Source: Camelus dromedarius (Eukaryota). From it: DNA of 64,000 nt. A program made the translations under genes and the position numbers. Positions within the stretch are counted from its first letter, which is position 1; each line of letters opens with the position of its first letter. Shown in pieces: positions 23,840 to 40,300 of the stretch. The stretch lies in the NCBI RefSeq assembly GCF_036321535.1, contig NC_087459.1:7378001-7442000 (forward strand), read 5' to 3'. The notes below the pieces were generated by a model. The model searched no databases, was not told where the DNA came from, and saw only the letters and a list, made by a program, of their open reading frames with translations.

Positions 23840-26749
23840 GGGGCCTGGGAACAGGATGCTGGGAAGGGGCTGGGAGGAGGGTGGGGGGATGCCTCCAGAT
23901 GGCATCACGGTACCCACTGCCTCTGCTGTAACAGCAATAACCAATAAGAACACTGACTACATTCACCAATGGATATTGAGTGCTGGTGCCTGAGCCCAGC
24001 CCCGGGCCTGCCTCACTGCATTTTATTCTCCCATAGCCCTGGGGACTGCGCGATTCCTGCTCCACAGAGCCAGAGACTGAGGCTTGAGGGCAGTGGTGCT
24101 GTGTCTGAGGCCACCTATTCCCCAACCCGGCGAGGGGCTTCTGCTGGGTGGGAGGTGTGACTCATGTGAACCTCGGCTCTGCTGCTCCTGCCCCCAATGC
24201 CAGTGCTTCCGTGGCTCAGAGCAGGAGTGGAGAAGTGGCCATAATTCCCCAGGTCTGAGGCAGCTGGGGTCCCTTGTAGGGGCAGGCAGGCGACACCACT
24301 CTCAACCTGCAAGGGAAGGGGTTGCAAACTGACGGGCAGCCGACTTCCCTGCATAATCCTCTGCAAGCCTGGCAGAGTCATCCTGGCCCCATCCTGCCCT
24401 CAAGGAAGAATGGACCCCTCTGTCCTGAGGCCCTTGATACATGCCGAGCATCCCGACGGCGGTAGGGTCTCCCCTGCGGGGCCCTGTTTGTTGCCCATTT
24501 CCGGCGGGTGGGGCACACAATGGGTTCTCTAAGGACCGTTTCCCGCCACTGGTCCCATTGTTGCTACCTCCGCCTTTCTCCTCAGCCTCAGCCACATAAA
24601 GGGCCAGCCTGTTCTGGACAAAGCCAACAGCTCTGAGGCTGAAAGGCCCCAGGATGTGGGCGCACGTGGGACTACTGAACCCGAAATGAGTGGACTCTGC
24701 TGTCCCAGTCCCACAGCTCCTGGGAAGGAGGGCCACAGCTCAAGTCTTGGGGGGCACCTGTGAAGTGCCCCAGAAACCACTTTCCATCTCTACCTGGTGG
24801 CCTTCACTGGGGAAGTGTCTGTCATCTTTCAGGCAGGAACTGAGGCTGGGAGAGGAACATGGCTGTGCACAGCCCCCAGGCAGGGCTGCTTCTGCCAGAT
24901 TTGGCTGATGTAGGTACTTCGTGTTGCCACACCCTGTGAGGACACTCAGTGTTACTCCAGTGGCTGTCTGGAGTTTCCGTGGGGCTGGCTATCTGAAGCT
25001 GCATTCATGGGGCATGGCCTTTCACTTGGACTAGCTGCTTGCTGTGAGGACTGGTGAGAATTGTGGGTGGGAGCATAGCCACCCTGGACAGCAGGCTGCC
25101 CTGGTTTCCTCCCACCTCCCACCACTCCTGAGGCTTCTTGCTGTGCCCTCTCACCTCCCCAAACTCCCATCCATGGCTTTCTCAGGGCTCAAGCACTAGA
25201 CCTTTCTGTTGACATTCCCACATTCCCTCCTTGGAGAGCTGTACCAGCCTCCTGGCTGTAAATACCATCAATATGCTGATGACCCCACATGTGGATCTCC
25301 AGCCTGGACCTCTCTCCTGGACAGCAGACCTTTGTATCCCTGTTCTTCCCTCTCCCCCCACCAGGGAGTATCTCAGTAAAGGCCAGAGGGGGAGGAGGTG
25401 GGTGTACTCTCCCATCCCCCTCCTCCTCTCTGTCTTGGGAGGCTTTTGCACCTCACCCTTGACTCTTGCCCTGATTGTCTGGCCAGCTTCCCACAGCCTC
25501 TGGTTTGGACAGAGGCCTATGGCCACACTTGGTGGTTGCTGTGGCTTGCCTGTGGGACCATCTGTCCACAAAAACGTGGAGTAGCTGCTCTGGGGTGGGC
25601 CCTAGGCTGGACACTGGCCTCTACCCACCTGCCCCAGGAAGTGCCTCCTACTCACACACCTTCCTCCAGAGAAAAGTACTGGCTTTTCTCGTAAGGAGCA
25701 GGAAGCCGAAGTGGGTGCTGCCAGCAGGGCCAAGGGAGCCCAAGGGAGCCCAAGGGTGTTCCTAGGAGGAACCTGGAAGGCTTGGGTGAGGGCTTCATGC
25801 CAGCGCTGGGGAGTGGCCAAGGTGAAAATGTGGGCATGCAGGCCGAGACTATGGGAACAGGTGCCTGTGGGGCACCTGCATGGCTTCTCTTGGTGTGTGC
25901 ACTCACACAGGTGCACTTGAGTGCCCAGTGCCCAAAGGCGAGGAGCGGACATGCAGGTGAGGTACCTGTGGGTATACACACTGGGAAGTCTGGCTAGGTG
26001 TCTTCATCCAGTCAATCAGCTTTTATTGACTGTCTGCCAGGTGCCACGGGTTTGTATAGACACCAGGAATAATGCAAGGAAGAAAAGAGACAAGGGTGAG
26101 ATGGCTGTGTAAGCACTCCACCAGCCTAGAGCCCACTGCATGTCCTTCCTTTCTAGGGAGGGCCCAGTGATAGCCAGGAAGGAGACAGGATGTTCTGATC
26201 TCTGTGCGGTGGGTCAGCCGCCCTCCTCTCCAGTGCTCGGATCTTGGGAGCAGGGCACCTGGGTTTCCTGCAACAGGGGCACCTGTCCTTCAGGGCTGGT
26301 GGTAGCTGGGGCCAAGGGCAGGTAGGCGAGTGAGGCGGCCTGTACTTGAAGCGTGGGGGCAGCGGGCTCTGGCGTGCCCACATTGTCTGAAGCACCTCTG
26401 TCAACGTTGGGGCTCCTGACCAGTGTGGGGAATGGCGGAGAAGTCCGGCCAGGGCCTGTGTGCAGGCAAGCCTCTGTCACTCTTGGATGTTTGTCTTCAG
26501 AGTCTGGTGAGGAGGAGGTCCTGGCTCTGTCCCCGCACTTGCCTCTCCCTTTCCCAGGCTCTGCCAGGTCACCTCCAGGAACTCAAGTCTTTTCTGTGAG
26601 TGACCTTTTCTGGAGAAGGAAGGTGGTCTCTTCCTCCCAGCCGCCGGGCTGGGTCAGCTACCAGAGGGCCCCGCCCCTCACATCCGGCTCCCCTCCCACT
26701 ATGCTCGCAGAGAGCCAACATCTGTCCGCTCGGTTGTGCTAAATTTCTC

Positions 26750-27497
26750 CTTGTAAGCCCCCTCGGCCCTGCCCCTCAGCCGAGCTCCAACTTCCACCGC
26801 CCCCGCGGACCCCAGCGCATCCTGTTTCCTGCGCACTCGGGCTAGTTGCCTTCAGCTGTGGGAAGGGCCCCGATGTCCTCCCCGCGACTGCTCCTGTGCT
26901 TGGCGGGTTATCTGGATGTGTAGGTCGGCGGAGACGCCACTCTAAGCCGGTGAGCCGTTCCCCACTGGCTGACCGCTGCCCCAGGGCTCCAGCCACACTG
27001 CACTGGCCTTCACGGCCAGTCAGCAGGCGCCACAGCATCGCTTCTCTTAATCGTATCCCCGCGCTGGGATGTGCGGCCTCAGGGGTCCGCAGCGCCCGGG
27101 ACAGGCCCATAGCAGCCGTTTGAGGAGTGGGCCAACGCTGCTGACTGCCGAGGGCTTCGGCCAGGAAGCAGTACGGCCAGAACCCGCAAGGGTCGCCCTG
27201 GACCCCAAGGCTCCAAGGCCGGGAACCCGCTGGAGGGTCCCTGGACCCGCGCGGAGAGTAAGGTGAACGGACCTGCAGCGCAGCCTCTACCAGCCGCTTC
27301 CGGCGTCTCGCCACGGCCTCTGCCCCGCCTCTTCCGGCGACGGCGCAGGGGGCCCAGTAGGCGCAGGGCGGGGAGGAAAGGCTTCGGGCTATGAAAAGGG
27401 CTTTCCCCTCCAGCTCCCGGCCGGGGCGTGAGGGTCTCGGACCTGAGGTGGGGAGGGGCCTTGGGGCGTGACGACCCTGAGCCGCTGTCCCGCAGCC
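26750..27497 (+). promoter_or_regulatory. ANTKMT CpG-island promoter
   Basis: CpG-rich; CTTCCGG (ETS) at 27297-27303 and 27331-27337. Confidence 0.55.
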
Positions 27498-28815
27498 ATG
27501 GAGCAGGATGACCCGGCTGAAGAGCTGACGGAGCTACGCGAGCGGCCGCTGGGCGCGTTGGCCCTGCTGCAGGTGGCGGCGGGCTCAGGCCTGGCCGCCT
27601 ACGCCGTGTGGGCGCTGCTGCTGCAGCCGGGCTTCCGCCGCGTGCCGCTACGGCTGCAGGTGCGGTGCTGAGCCCGGGCCGGTGTGTTGGGGACATAGGG
27701 GCGTGACGGACCGGGGATGGGGGTGGTCTGGATTGAGATACTGAGCCTGGGTGTGAGAGGAGGGTGCTGCTGCCCAAGGGCCAGCCGGGCTGTGGGTTGG
27801 GCCGGACAGCGCGCTCTAAGAAAGGAAGCCTAGGAGGCGGCGCCTCACTTCTCCCTCTGTCTTGCTCGCCTCCTTGCCCAGGTGCCCTATGTCGGTGCGA
27901 GTGCCCGGCAGGTGGAGCACGTGTTGTCGCTGCTGCGAGGCCGTCCTGGAAAGATGGTGGACCTGGGTTCTGGTGATGGCAGAATTGTAAGGACTTTGTG
28001 TGTTAGGTGGCGGTCCTTGCTGCCCCCTCCCATGGGTATACCTCCCCATCTCTTGGCCTGACGCTATCTGTGCCCTCAGGTGCTGGCTGCCCACAAGTGT
28101 GGTCTCCGCCCAGCTGTGGGCTACGAGCTGAACCCGTGGCTGGTGGGGCTGGCATGGCTGCATGCCTGGAGGGCAGGCTGTGCAGGCAGTGTCTGCTACC
28201 GCCGTGAAAATCTCTGGAAGGTAACCCGGGGAGTCCTAGATCCCCTCAGACCCCAGCCCTGATCTCCATTCTTTCAGTTCTGGCTTGGCTGCCCTGCTGA
28301 CAGCCCCAGGTGCTTCTGCCTGAGCAGGCTGGAGCTGGGACTTGGAAGTTGCAGTGACCCCATACCCACCAGTTCTCTTCCCCTGGTGGGGCCCCATTCC
28401 CTGCTGGGGTGACCTCCTCTTCCTACAGGTGAGCCTGAGAGACTGCCACAACGTGTCTGTGTTCCTGGCTCCTAGCGTGGTAGGTCTGGGGTGTGCCAGC
28501 CCCATGGAGACATAGGCCATCCCCAGTGTAGGTGCCGGCTAGGGGCAGCTGTGTTCCACCTGGCCCACCCCGCCCTCCTGCTCTCTCCCACAGCTCCCAC
28601 TGCTGGAGGACAAGCTGCAGGCGGAGCTGCCTGCAGGAGCCCGTGTGGTGTCAGGGCGCTTCCCCCTCCCCACCTGGCAGCCGGTGGCTGTGGTGGGTGA
28701 AGGCCTGGACCGTGTCTGGGCCTATGATGTCCATAGGGGTGGGCCAGCTGGGCAAGTTGCCCCAGCACCCACTTCTGCTTCAGTACCTGGGTCCCCCAGT
28801 TCTCAGTCTGGCTGA
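27498..28815 (+). CDS. ANTKMT: Adenine nucleotide translocase lysine N-methyltransferase (FAM173A), 226 aa. Exons 27498-27659, 27882-27986, 28080-28220, 28429-28479, 28594-28815.
   Basis: [19 protein letters not shown]..., preMT/motif I (VPYVGAS..., DLGSGDGRI), post-I ([10 protein letters not shown]), [10 protein letters not shown]. Exon sum 681 nt. AATAAA at 28824-28829. Confidence 0.95.
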
Positions 28816-28939
28816 CTGGACACAATAAAGACTCGGTTCCACTCTGATTCTTTTTGGGTGGAGTGATCTCCCAGGGCGGGGCTGTGGGGACGGCTTCATG
28901 CTGGCCATGGAGAATTCTCGAAGTTTATCTGATGAACAG

Positions 28940-32655
<3,716 letters not shown>

Positions 32656-32699
32656 AGGCAAAAGGGACAACCACCAGTCCCAAGCCTACTGCCACTTCG

Positions 32700-33950
32700 C
32701 CTACTGGCGTGTTGCTGCAACACGGTGGCTTGTGTTGCCAAGGCCTCTGTTGTTCCCAGGAGACTACCGGGGCCCCGCCCACCAGGGCAGGCAGGACAGT
32801 TCAGTGGTTGAAGAGGTGGATGCAAACTGTCAGCTTCTTCCATATTTGGCCACCCTTTCTTTCTGGCTTCCTTTTCCTCAACGAGGAAACGCAGACCGGC
32901 ACCCCTGTCTTCATCCGGGGAGCACACAGAGCCAAGAGCGCATAGCATCGCCCAGCATGGGGAGTTGTGGAACAGCGCACACTGGAATGGAGCTGTCGCT
33001 GCTGTTAATGTTCTCAAGCAGGGCGCCTTGCCCTACCATGTAGGTTCGTACACTAACTAGGCCCCTTCCGGTGCTGGCTGAGCGCTGGGACAGGCAGGCG
33101 AGCAAAGTGGACATACCCCTGCACCCCTAGCCTGACGGAAATAGGCGCAGACGTCCCAACCTGGGGCCTGGTGATTCGATAGAACGGGTTCAGTCGGTTG
33201 CCAGAAGGGCTTCGCGGAGGAGGCGCCATAGCGCCGGACGTGCGCGCAGTCCCTTTGGGCACGCGTGCACTCCCTCTCGCGCACGCGCGTTCCCTGAACC
33301 GCGCTCGGGTTCCCGACGCGCGCGGGCTCCAGGCCGGCCCCGCAGGAGGGCGCCTCGGGGGCGCAGGCCGTTGGGGGAGGCCGGGCAGAGCCGCGCGCTC
33401 CGTCCAGGTCCCGTGACCGGCGTCCAAGGCCCGCCTATGTCAGGCTGTCCTTCAGACAGTCCGCGCGACCGGCTGGCGTAGCCGGTGGGGGTGAGTGGGC
33501 GGCCAGGGAAGGAGGCGGGCCGGGACCGGGGTCGCACTGCCGCGGGAGGGGCCCTGGGAGAGATGGGGCCTGAAGGGATCGGGGCATTGGGGGCGGAGCG
33601 AGAGAGGAGCTGGTCCAGGGTCGCGCTGCGGCGGGAGGACGCCTTGGGAGGGGGCGGGGCCTGGGAAGCAGGCGGGTCCTACTGGGGCAGCGGCCTGGCT
33701 GGGGACAGGCGCGGGGAGAGGGCGTGGCTCGGGCCCTGAAGTGGGCGGGACCTTGAGGAGGGATTGGGAGCGGCAGGTCAATTTAAGGCTGGAGCATGGA
33801 CTTCCACACCACTCTTCCCGGAAGTCCGAGAGTAGGGAACAGGGCTACGTTTTTTAGCCCCCAGCGTGTATGTGGAGCTGACTCTTCCCGGGCACAGCCC
33901 TCCCTAGGGTCTGGAGAGCGTAGCCCCATTCTGAGGAAGAGGCTCAGGAG
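32700..33950. promoter_or_regulatory. Divergent CCDC78/HAGHL CpG-island promoter; probable HAGHL non-coding exon 1 ending at 33490
   Basis: CpG island about 33170-33750 between divergent ATGs (32655 and 33977). Plus-strand donor GGG|GTGAGT at 33490/33491. Confidence 0.6.
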
Positions 33951-33976
33951 GCGCGAGGTAGCTGAGCTCTGCGACC

Positions 33977-36272
33977 ATGAAGGTCAAAGTCATCCCTGTG
34001 CTTGAGGACAACTACATGTACCTGGTCATTGAGGAGCACACGCGGGAGGCTGTGGCCGTGGACGTGTCCGTGCCCAAAAGGGTGAGGGCAGGCTTCGGGC
34101 GGCAGGAGCACCACTCTGAGCCTAGGAATCGTAGGTCGTAACCGCCAGTCTGTGCTTGAAGCAGCTCCCCCGACCACACTGCTGGGAGCTGACTCTTCCC
34201 CTGTTCTTTGATCTCAGGTTATTTGGTGTTTAGGATTTTTCTGATTATCCTGGGTCTCCTGTGAGGTTAGAGCCTTCTCTGGCCTCCTCTTTTCCCTTCG
34301 TTTGGTGCCTGTGCCATATACACCGGGTGCTCAGTAATTAACTGCTGAATCGCCCCTACCCACAACCCCATCCTGGCCTGCTTGGGGCACTGTGCAGCCA
34401 ATCCTGGCTCCCAAACACAGGCAGCCACCTGGACCATCCGCATCTCCTTAACTCCTGTCCCTTTCAGCTGCTGGAGATCGTAGGCCGGGAGGGGGTATCA
34501 CTGACCACCGTGCTGACCACCCACCACCACTGGTGAGCACCGTCTGGGCGGGCTGAGGCACGAGGGTGTCACCCCAATCCTACCCCAACCACATGTGATT
34601 ATACTTCTACCCATCTGCAGGGACCACGCTCGTGGCAACGCGGAGCTGGTGAGACTGCAGCCTGGGCTGGTGGTGCTGGGCGCGGATGAGCGCATCTGCG
34701 CACTGACCCGCAGGCTGGTGCATGGCGAGGAGCTGCAGGTAAGTGGGCACCTGGGAGGCGCGGGAACACCCTGGGCTCAACTGCCTCACAGGCCTGCCTG
34801 CCTCTCTGCTGTAGTTTGGAGCCATCCACGTGCGCTGCCTCCTAACCCCAGGCCACACCTCTGGCCACATGAGCTACTTCCTTTGGGAAGACGAGTGTCT
34901 GGACCCACCTGCCGTTTTCTCAGGTTCGCGCTGCCCTGCGCCCCTCTGCCCCCCCTCCTTGTCCCCTTCCACCTTCTCTGACCTGGCCAGCTCTCCAGGG
35001 GATGCACTGTCTGTGGCCGGCTGTGGCTCACGCCTGGAAAGCACAGCTCACCAGATGTACCAGAGCTTGGTGGAGACCCTGGGCACCCTGCCGCCTGAGA
35101 CAGTGAGCAGCCTGTCCCTTACCCTCACGGGGCCCAGCCTCTCACATAACTCGGGTACTCTGCACCTGCCTTGTGCTGGGGTTCGGAATGACTGCTGGCC
35201 AGTTGAAGGAGTGGGCGGGCCACGTGTGTGGGGAGGGGTACAGGGGTGTGTGGAGGGGCCAGACAGAGGGGTGAGTGCCTCTGCTCACCTCTGCCTGCGG
35301 TGGCGCTGTGCACCTCAAGTGCCTCCTTTCTCCAGAAGGTGTTCTGTGGTCATGAGCACACGCTGGGCAATCTCGAGTTTGCACAGAAAGTGGAGCCCTG
35401 CAACGATCATGTGAGGGCCAAGCTGTCCTGGGCCAAGGTGTGGGGACTCCTCCCCTCTTGATGGCAAGGCTGGAGGGTTGGGCAGGAGCGGGTGGGTCCA
35501 GGAAGGGCATTGCTGGGGGAGTCAGCCATGGGCATGCTGCCAGCCAAAGCTCCCACTGGTGAAGGGAGGGGTTGGTGGCCTTGGGTAGGGAACTGGGCAG
35601 CCTCTAGGACTGGCCCACGAGTGCCTGCCCTCAGGGTCTAGCCTCCAGCCCCGAGGCTGGGGGTGAGCTGGGTCAAGCTGCCTGGAGCTGCCAGATAAGG
35701 CTGTGACAAGGGCCTGTGGTCATTCCAGAAGAGGGATGATGACGACGTGCCCACGGTGCCGTCGACCCTGGGCGAGGAACTTCTATATAACCCCTTCCTG
35801 AGGGTGGCGTGAGTACTGGCCAGCATCCTGGGCCTTCCTGTGGGGCAAGCTGGGGAGCACGTGGCAAGGCCTATGCCTGCGTGTCTCGGGAGGACCTCTG
35901 CCCTCTCCAGGGGCCGTGCTGCAGAACAGGCTGGCACAGGGCCGGACTGTTGTCCTCTGGGCCTCCCTGGCAGTCAGTGGGACACTGAGGGAGGTGCTGG
36001 GGGATCGGTTATTCGGCTGTCTGGCACCAGGGAGAGGCTGCTCTTTAAGTGCCCTCTGCCTAGCAGTTCCCCGGAAGCCCCCATGGTGCCCCTCTCCCTG
36101 CAGAGAGGAGCCTGTGCGCAAGTTCACAGGGAAGGTGGCCCCAGCCGAGGTCCTGGAAGTGCTCTGCAGGGAGCGCGCGAGCTTTGAGAGGGCAGCTGAG
36201 CCGCTGCAGCCACAGGCCCGGGCACTCCTCGCACTGCAGTGGGGGCTTCTGAGCACGCCCCAACAGAAGTGA
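33977..36272 (+). CDS. HAGHL: Hydroxyacylglutathione hydrolase-like (glyoxalase II-like MBL fold), 283 aa. Exons 33977-34081, 34468-34532, 34621-34738, 34815-34923, 34999-35102, 35336-35437, 35729-35808, 36104-36272.
   Basis: [20 protein letters not shown]...; metal-binding motifs THHHWDH, GHTSGH, FSGDAL and CGHEH are intact. Exon sum 852 nt. AATAAA at 36462-36467. Confidence 0.95.
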
Positions 36273-37308
36273 GCCCTGCACAGGCCAGGCCACACGTCCC
36301 TCCTCTCTCAACCTGTCTCAACCCTGCCCAGCCTCAGAGGGTGGGCATTCTGGCACTTCCTGGCGGTGGACACCCAGACCGCTCTCTGGGCTACAGTGAG
36401 TTCCAAGACCTGGATATTTGGGAGGCAGCCTACTGGGGTGCACTGGGCTCCTGAACTTATGAATAAAGCTTTGAAAGGCCTCTTCTTGATGGTGGCAGAC
36501 ACTCTTGGAGAGAAGCAGTTTTCAGATAGAGTTCCCTTTACTAGAGATGAGCTCCTTGGGGGCAAGCTTGGCTGGCTGAACCCAATTGGCCCACCCCCTG
36601 TCCTGTACGTGGGGATCCAGCTGTGGACATAGGACTCAGCCTGAAAGACCACTAAGGCCTGACACTAACAGAGCCTGCCTCCCACAAGGACTCAGCCCCC
36701 AAAATGCAGGTTCTCAGGCCCCAGAGGCCACAGCTTGTAGAACACCTGGTTCTAGATGGGGGTCAGGGGGACCCATGCCCAGGTAGGGTGTCATGGACCA
36801 GGTGCCTGTCTCCAGCCAGTGTTCTCTGCTGCCCAGTGTGGCAGAGTTCCCCCACTCTGCTGTGAGCTCAACCAGCTGGGCAGGTTCAGCCTGTTACCAC
36901 CCTCCATATCCCAACTTGGAGTGACTCTGGAAGTGAGGGATGAGGAACCCCCCTCTTGCTCTGCCTTAAGCTCCCTATGGGACTAGCTGAAACCCTCACA
37001 GCTCAGGCCACCACAGCCAGGAGCCAGAGCACTGATCTGGGCTCCAGGCCCATAGAGAGGTTCCAGAAGTTGGTGAAACCTCCAGGCCCCTGCAGTGCAG
37101 AGTCCAGGTGAGCGCAGGCTGGAGGTCAACTTTACTGACTGTGGGTCCTGAATCCCATTTCTATGTGGGTTCCAATGTCCCCGCAGCTCACCCAGCATTT
37201 TCAGGGCAAGCCTGGGGTCTTGGAGTGACTTCCCTGCTGGAGACTCCACACGCCTTACTGGGAATCCTGGTACTGGCTGCGGTGGGCCCGGCAGACACTG
37301 GAGGGCTC

Positions 37309-40300
37309 CTACCACCTGATGCTAAGGCCAGAGCCAGCCTTCTCCACTGCGTGGTAGCTTGTGTGCAGCAGGCGGCTGGCCCTCTCTGAGCCCTCACCCT
37401 GCAGCCAGTGCCCATACAGCTCCTGGATCCCGGGCGCTTCCTCTGGCACCTCTGTCCTGACCATGCTGTACAGCCTCTCAACCTGCTGCAGGAGCTCCTT
37501 GCCAGGCCTGTCGGGAGCCTTGAGCTGGCCTCCGCCATTCAAGCAGCCTGTGGCAGAGAAGGACAGGCAAGAGTATGGTCATGGGAAGGGCATCGTCACC
37601 TGGGGGTCCCAGAGGGCCCCACCCTGTCTGCGCACCTGCGGGGCAGGCCATGACCTCCACGTAGTGGTATGGGCAGCGCCCCCGCTTGAGTTTCTGCACC
37701 AGGTTCTGGATGTTGCGGAAGCCATAGGCCACAGCAAAGTGCAGCAGGACCTGACCCTCCCTCTCCAGAGTCACCTCCTGCAGGTCCTTGTTCCTGGGGG
37801 AGCACAGACCCGGTTGTCCACACAGTGTGCCCAGTCCCTCCTGGGTCGGGACAGTGACAGGGGAGGGTAGAAAACTCACTTCCACGAGCTGGGCGGGTGA
37901 CCTTACACCCAGCCTTGGTTTCCTGGTCTGACATGGAGGCCCCAGCCCTCCCACCGAGGACATGGGGACACACCCTGTGCCAGGAACACCATCCTGCCAC
38001 CACGGGCTGCTCAGGGCCCTGGGCCACCATGCTGTGGGCAAGGACATCGACTCCTACGATGAGGAGACTGAGGATTAGAGACTTTGGCCCTTTCATGTGA
38101 GCTTCCTGGTGCCCCAAGGTCCACGCCAAGCCCACCCTGATATCCTCCTCCATGCCTACTGCAGTGAGGGGACCTGGAGCTCCAGCTGCTCCGTTCCCCA
38201 AGCTCCAGCTTTTGCCACTGACCTCAGGGGTCTGTAGGTGACCTCAGTCACGTGGATTCCAAAGAGCTCCTGGGCCGCATGCCGGAACACGTGCTCCAGG
38301 TAGCCCCCTGAGCCCCCACCCCGATGGCTGGTGGGCTCCTGGGGGGACACGCTGCTGTACCTGGGGAGGAGGGCATGGCCTCAGGTGGTAGTGGGGCTGC
38401 TGTCTGCTGAGGCTTCTGGGTAACCTCTGTCTCTCACGTTTGAGAGCATTTGCTTTCTAAGTGGAAAATGAGTCATGGACCACAGGGGCTTTGTGGCCCT
38501 GTCAGGAGGCAGCTCATGGGGAAAGGGCTGTCCCCTCCGTCATGTCCCCTGTTCTGGGGAGCTGAGACCTGTATGAAGTTGGGGTCAGCTCTGATGACTA
38601 TCAGCCAATTGTCCACAGGCCTGTCTCATGAACTCAACTGTCTCTGTGGACACCGAGACATACCACGAGGCAGAAGCAAAACCAATCAGAAAGGAGACAT
38701 AGCAGAGAAGGCAGGAAGGGACAGTGCCTAGCCCCACATTGTCACATCTGCCCACCAGGACAACCATGACCCTAATGTCTTGAGCACCCTGATGCTGGAA
38801 ATACTTCCTGCCCCTCCACTGTGGCAGGTGGTAACTCACAGACTGTCCAGGGGAGCTGGCTCCAGGTCTGACAGTGAGACTCCTTCCTCTTCCAGCAGCT
38901 TCAAAACTTCTCCTGTGATGAAACCACAGAACACGCTCTTCAGCTGAATCTCAAGGAAAACAAGAGTCAGTTCAAGAACACCCACGTCACCTGCATCCAC
39001 AGCAATCTGTGACCTGGACACAGAGGCCACGTGTCCACCCCTGGCTCGTGGGTAGAGGCTGAACCCAGCCACAGAGGCAGGGTGGATGCACCGTCCCCAG
39101 GGCGCCTCACAGTGTGCCTGGAGATGGGCAGGGCACTGTGTCCCTGGAGGGCAACCATCCCTCAAGCTATCTGGCTGCTGGAAGGGTGTTCATTTCTCTG
39201 CCTTTTAAGCACTTGAGAGCCTGTGAGGCTGCTCAACTCAGAGATGGGGTGACCGACGTGAGCCAGAGGGGCTGTGCCAGGGCCTGCACTGGGGACACAG
39301 CACCAGCTGGGCTCAGGGATCTGCACCTGTTGTGATGACACAATCCACATCGCGCGACTGGTGTTCCTGGCTGAAAAAGTCGGGTCTGGAAGCTTCCAGC
39401 TTTTTGTCATAGCAGGGCATCACCGTCACGTGGTAGATCTTGTCAGGGGTCAAACGCTGCATGGAGAAACGCGACTGTGGAGCAGCTGCCCGACCCGGGC
39501 AGCAAAGAGGCCAGGCTGAGGCAGGGGTGACAGCACAGGCACAGCAGGGAACACAGTTTGGCGTGTGGGTCCATGAACTCACTTTTAAGGAAACAACACA
39601 GACTCTCAACAGCAGCAGGGTTCCCATTACCTGTTGCTGGGCGAAGAAGTCCTTGACCAGGGAGCCCATGACCTGCTGCGGGGACCGGGCAGTGCTAATG
39701 TAAGGGAGGAGGAAGCTCCCATGGGTCTTCTCGGCGTAGCAGATCCAGCCTGAGGCCGACATGGGGAGCACATGGGGCTGTGACGTGAAGGTTCTGGGGG
39801 TAGACACACTTGCACAAGGAGTCAGGGTCCCCGAGGAATGGCCCCACTCTGCTGTCCCTGTCACGTCTCTAGCATCCCTGCAATCACTCCTCAGGGAACT
39901 GAAGTGACTGCAGGTGACTCTTGGGCTCCTCCCACCCCCCAGCACTCCCGTCGCCCACATCCAGGTGTCAACATCCTGTCCCCAGTGTGCACACACCTGG
40001 GCAGGCGGAAGTCAGCACAGGCAAGGCCTGCCTGGAGTCCGCCTGTTCTCGGAATCGCTGCACAAACTCTCGCTGGCTCTCAAGGAGACTGAAGTTCCGT
40101 GAGAAGGCGGTATCAAACACATAGTGTGCCCCTGGAAGGAGAGCACCACCTCACCCCTAAGAAGGACACCCGGAGTGTGAGGTGCTGCCAACCATGCCCC
40201 CCAGGAGTGTCACAGGACCCGCTGGCATTGTGGCCAGCCTGGATTCCTTGGGGCTCACCTCCTCTGAGCTCAGTGGCCACCAGGACCAGGCCATACCCTA

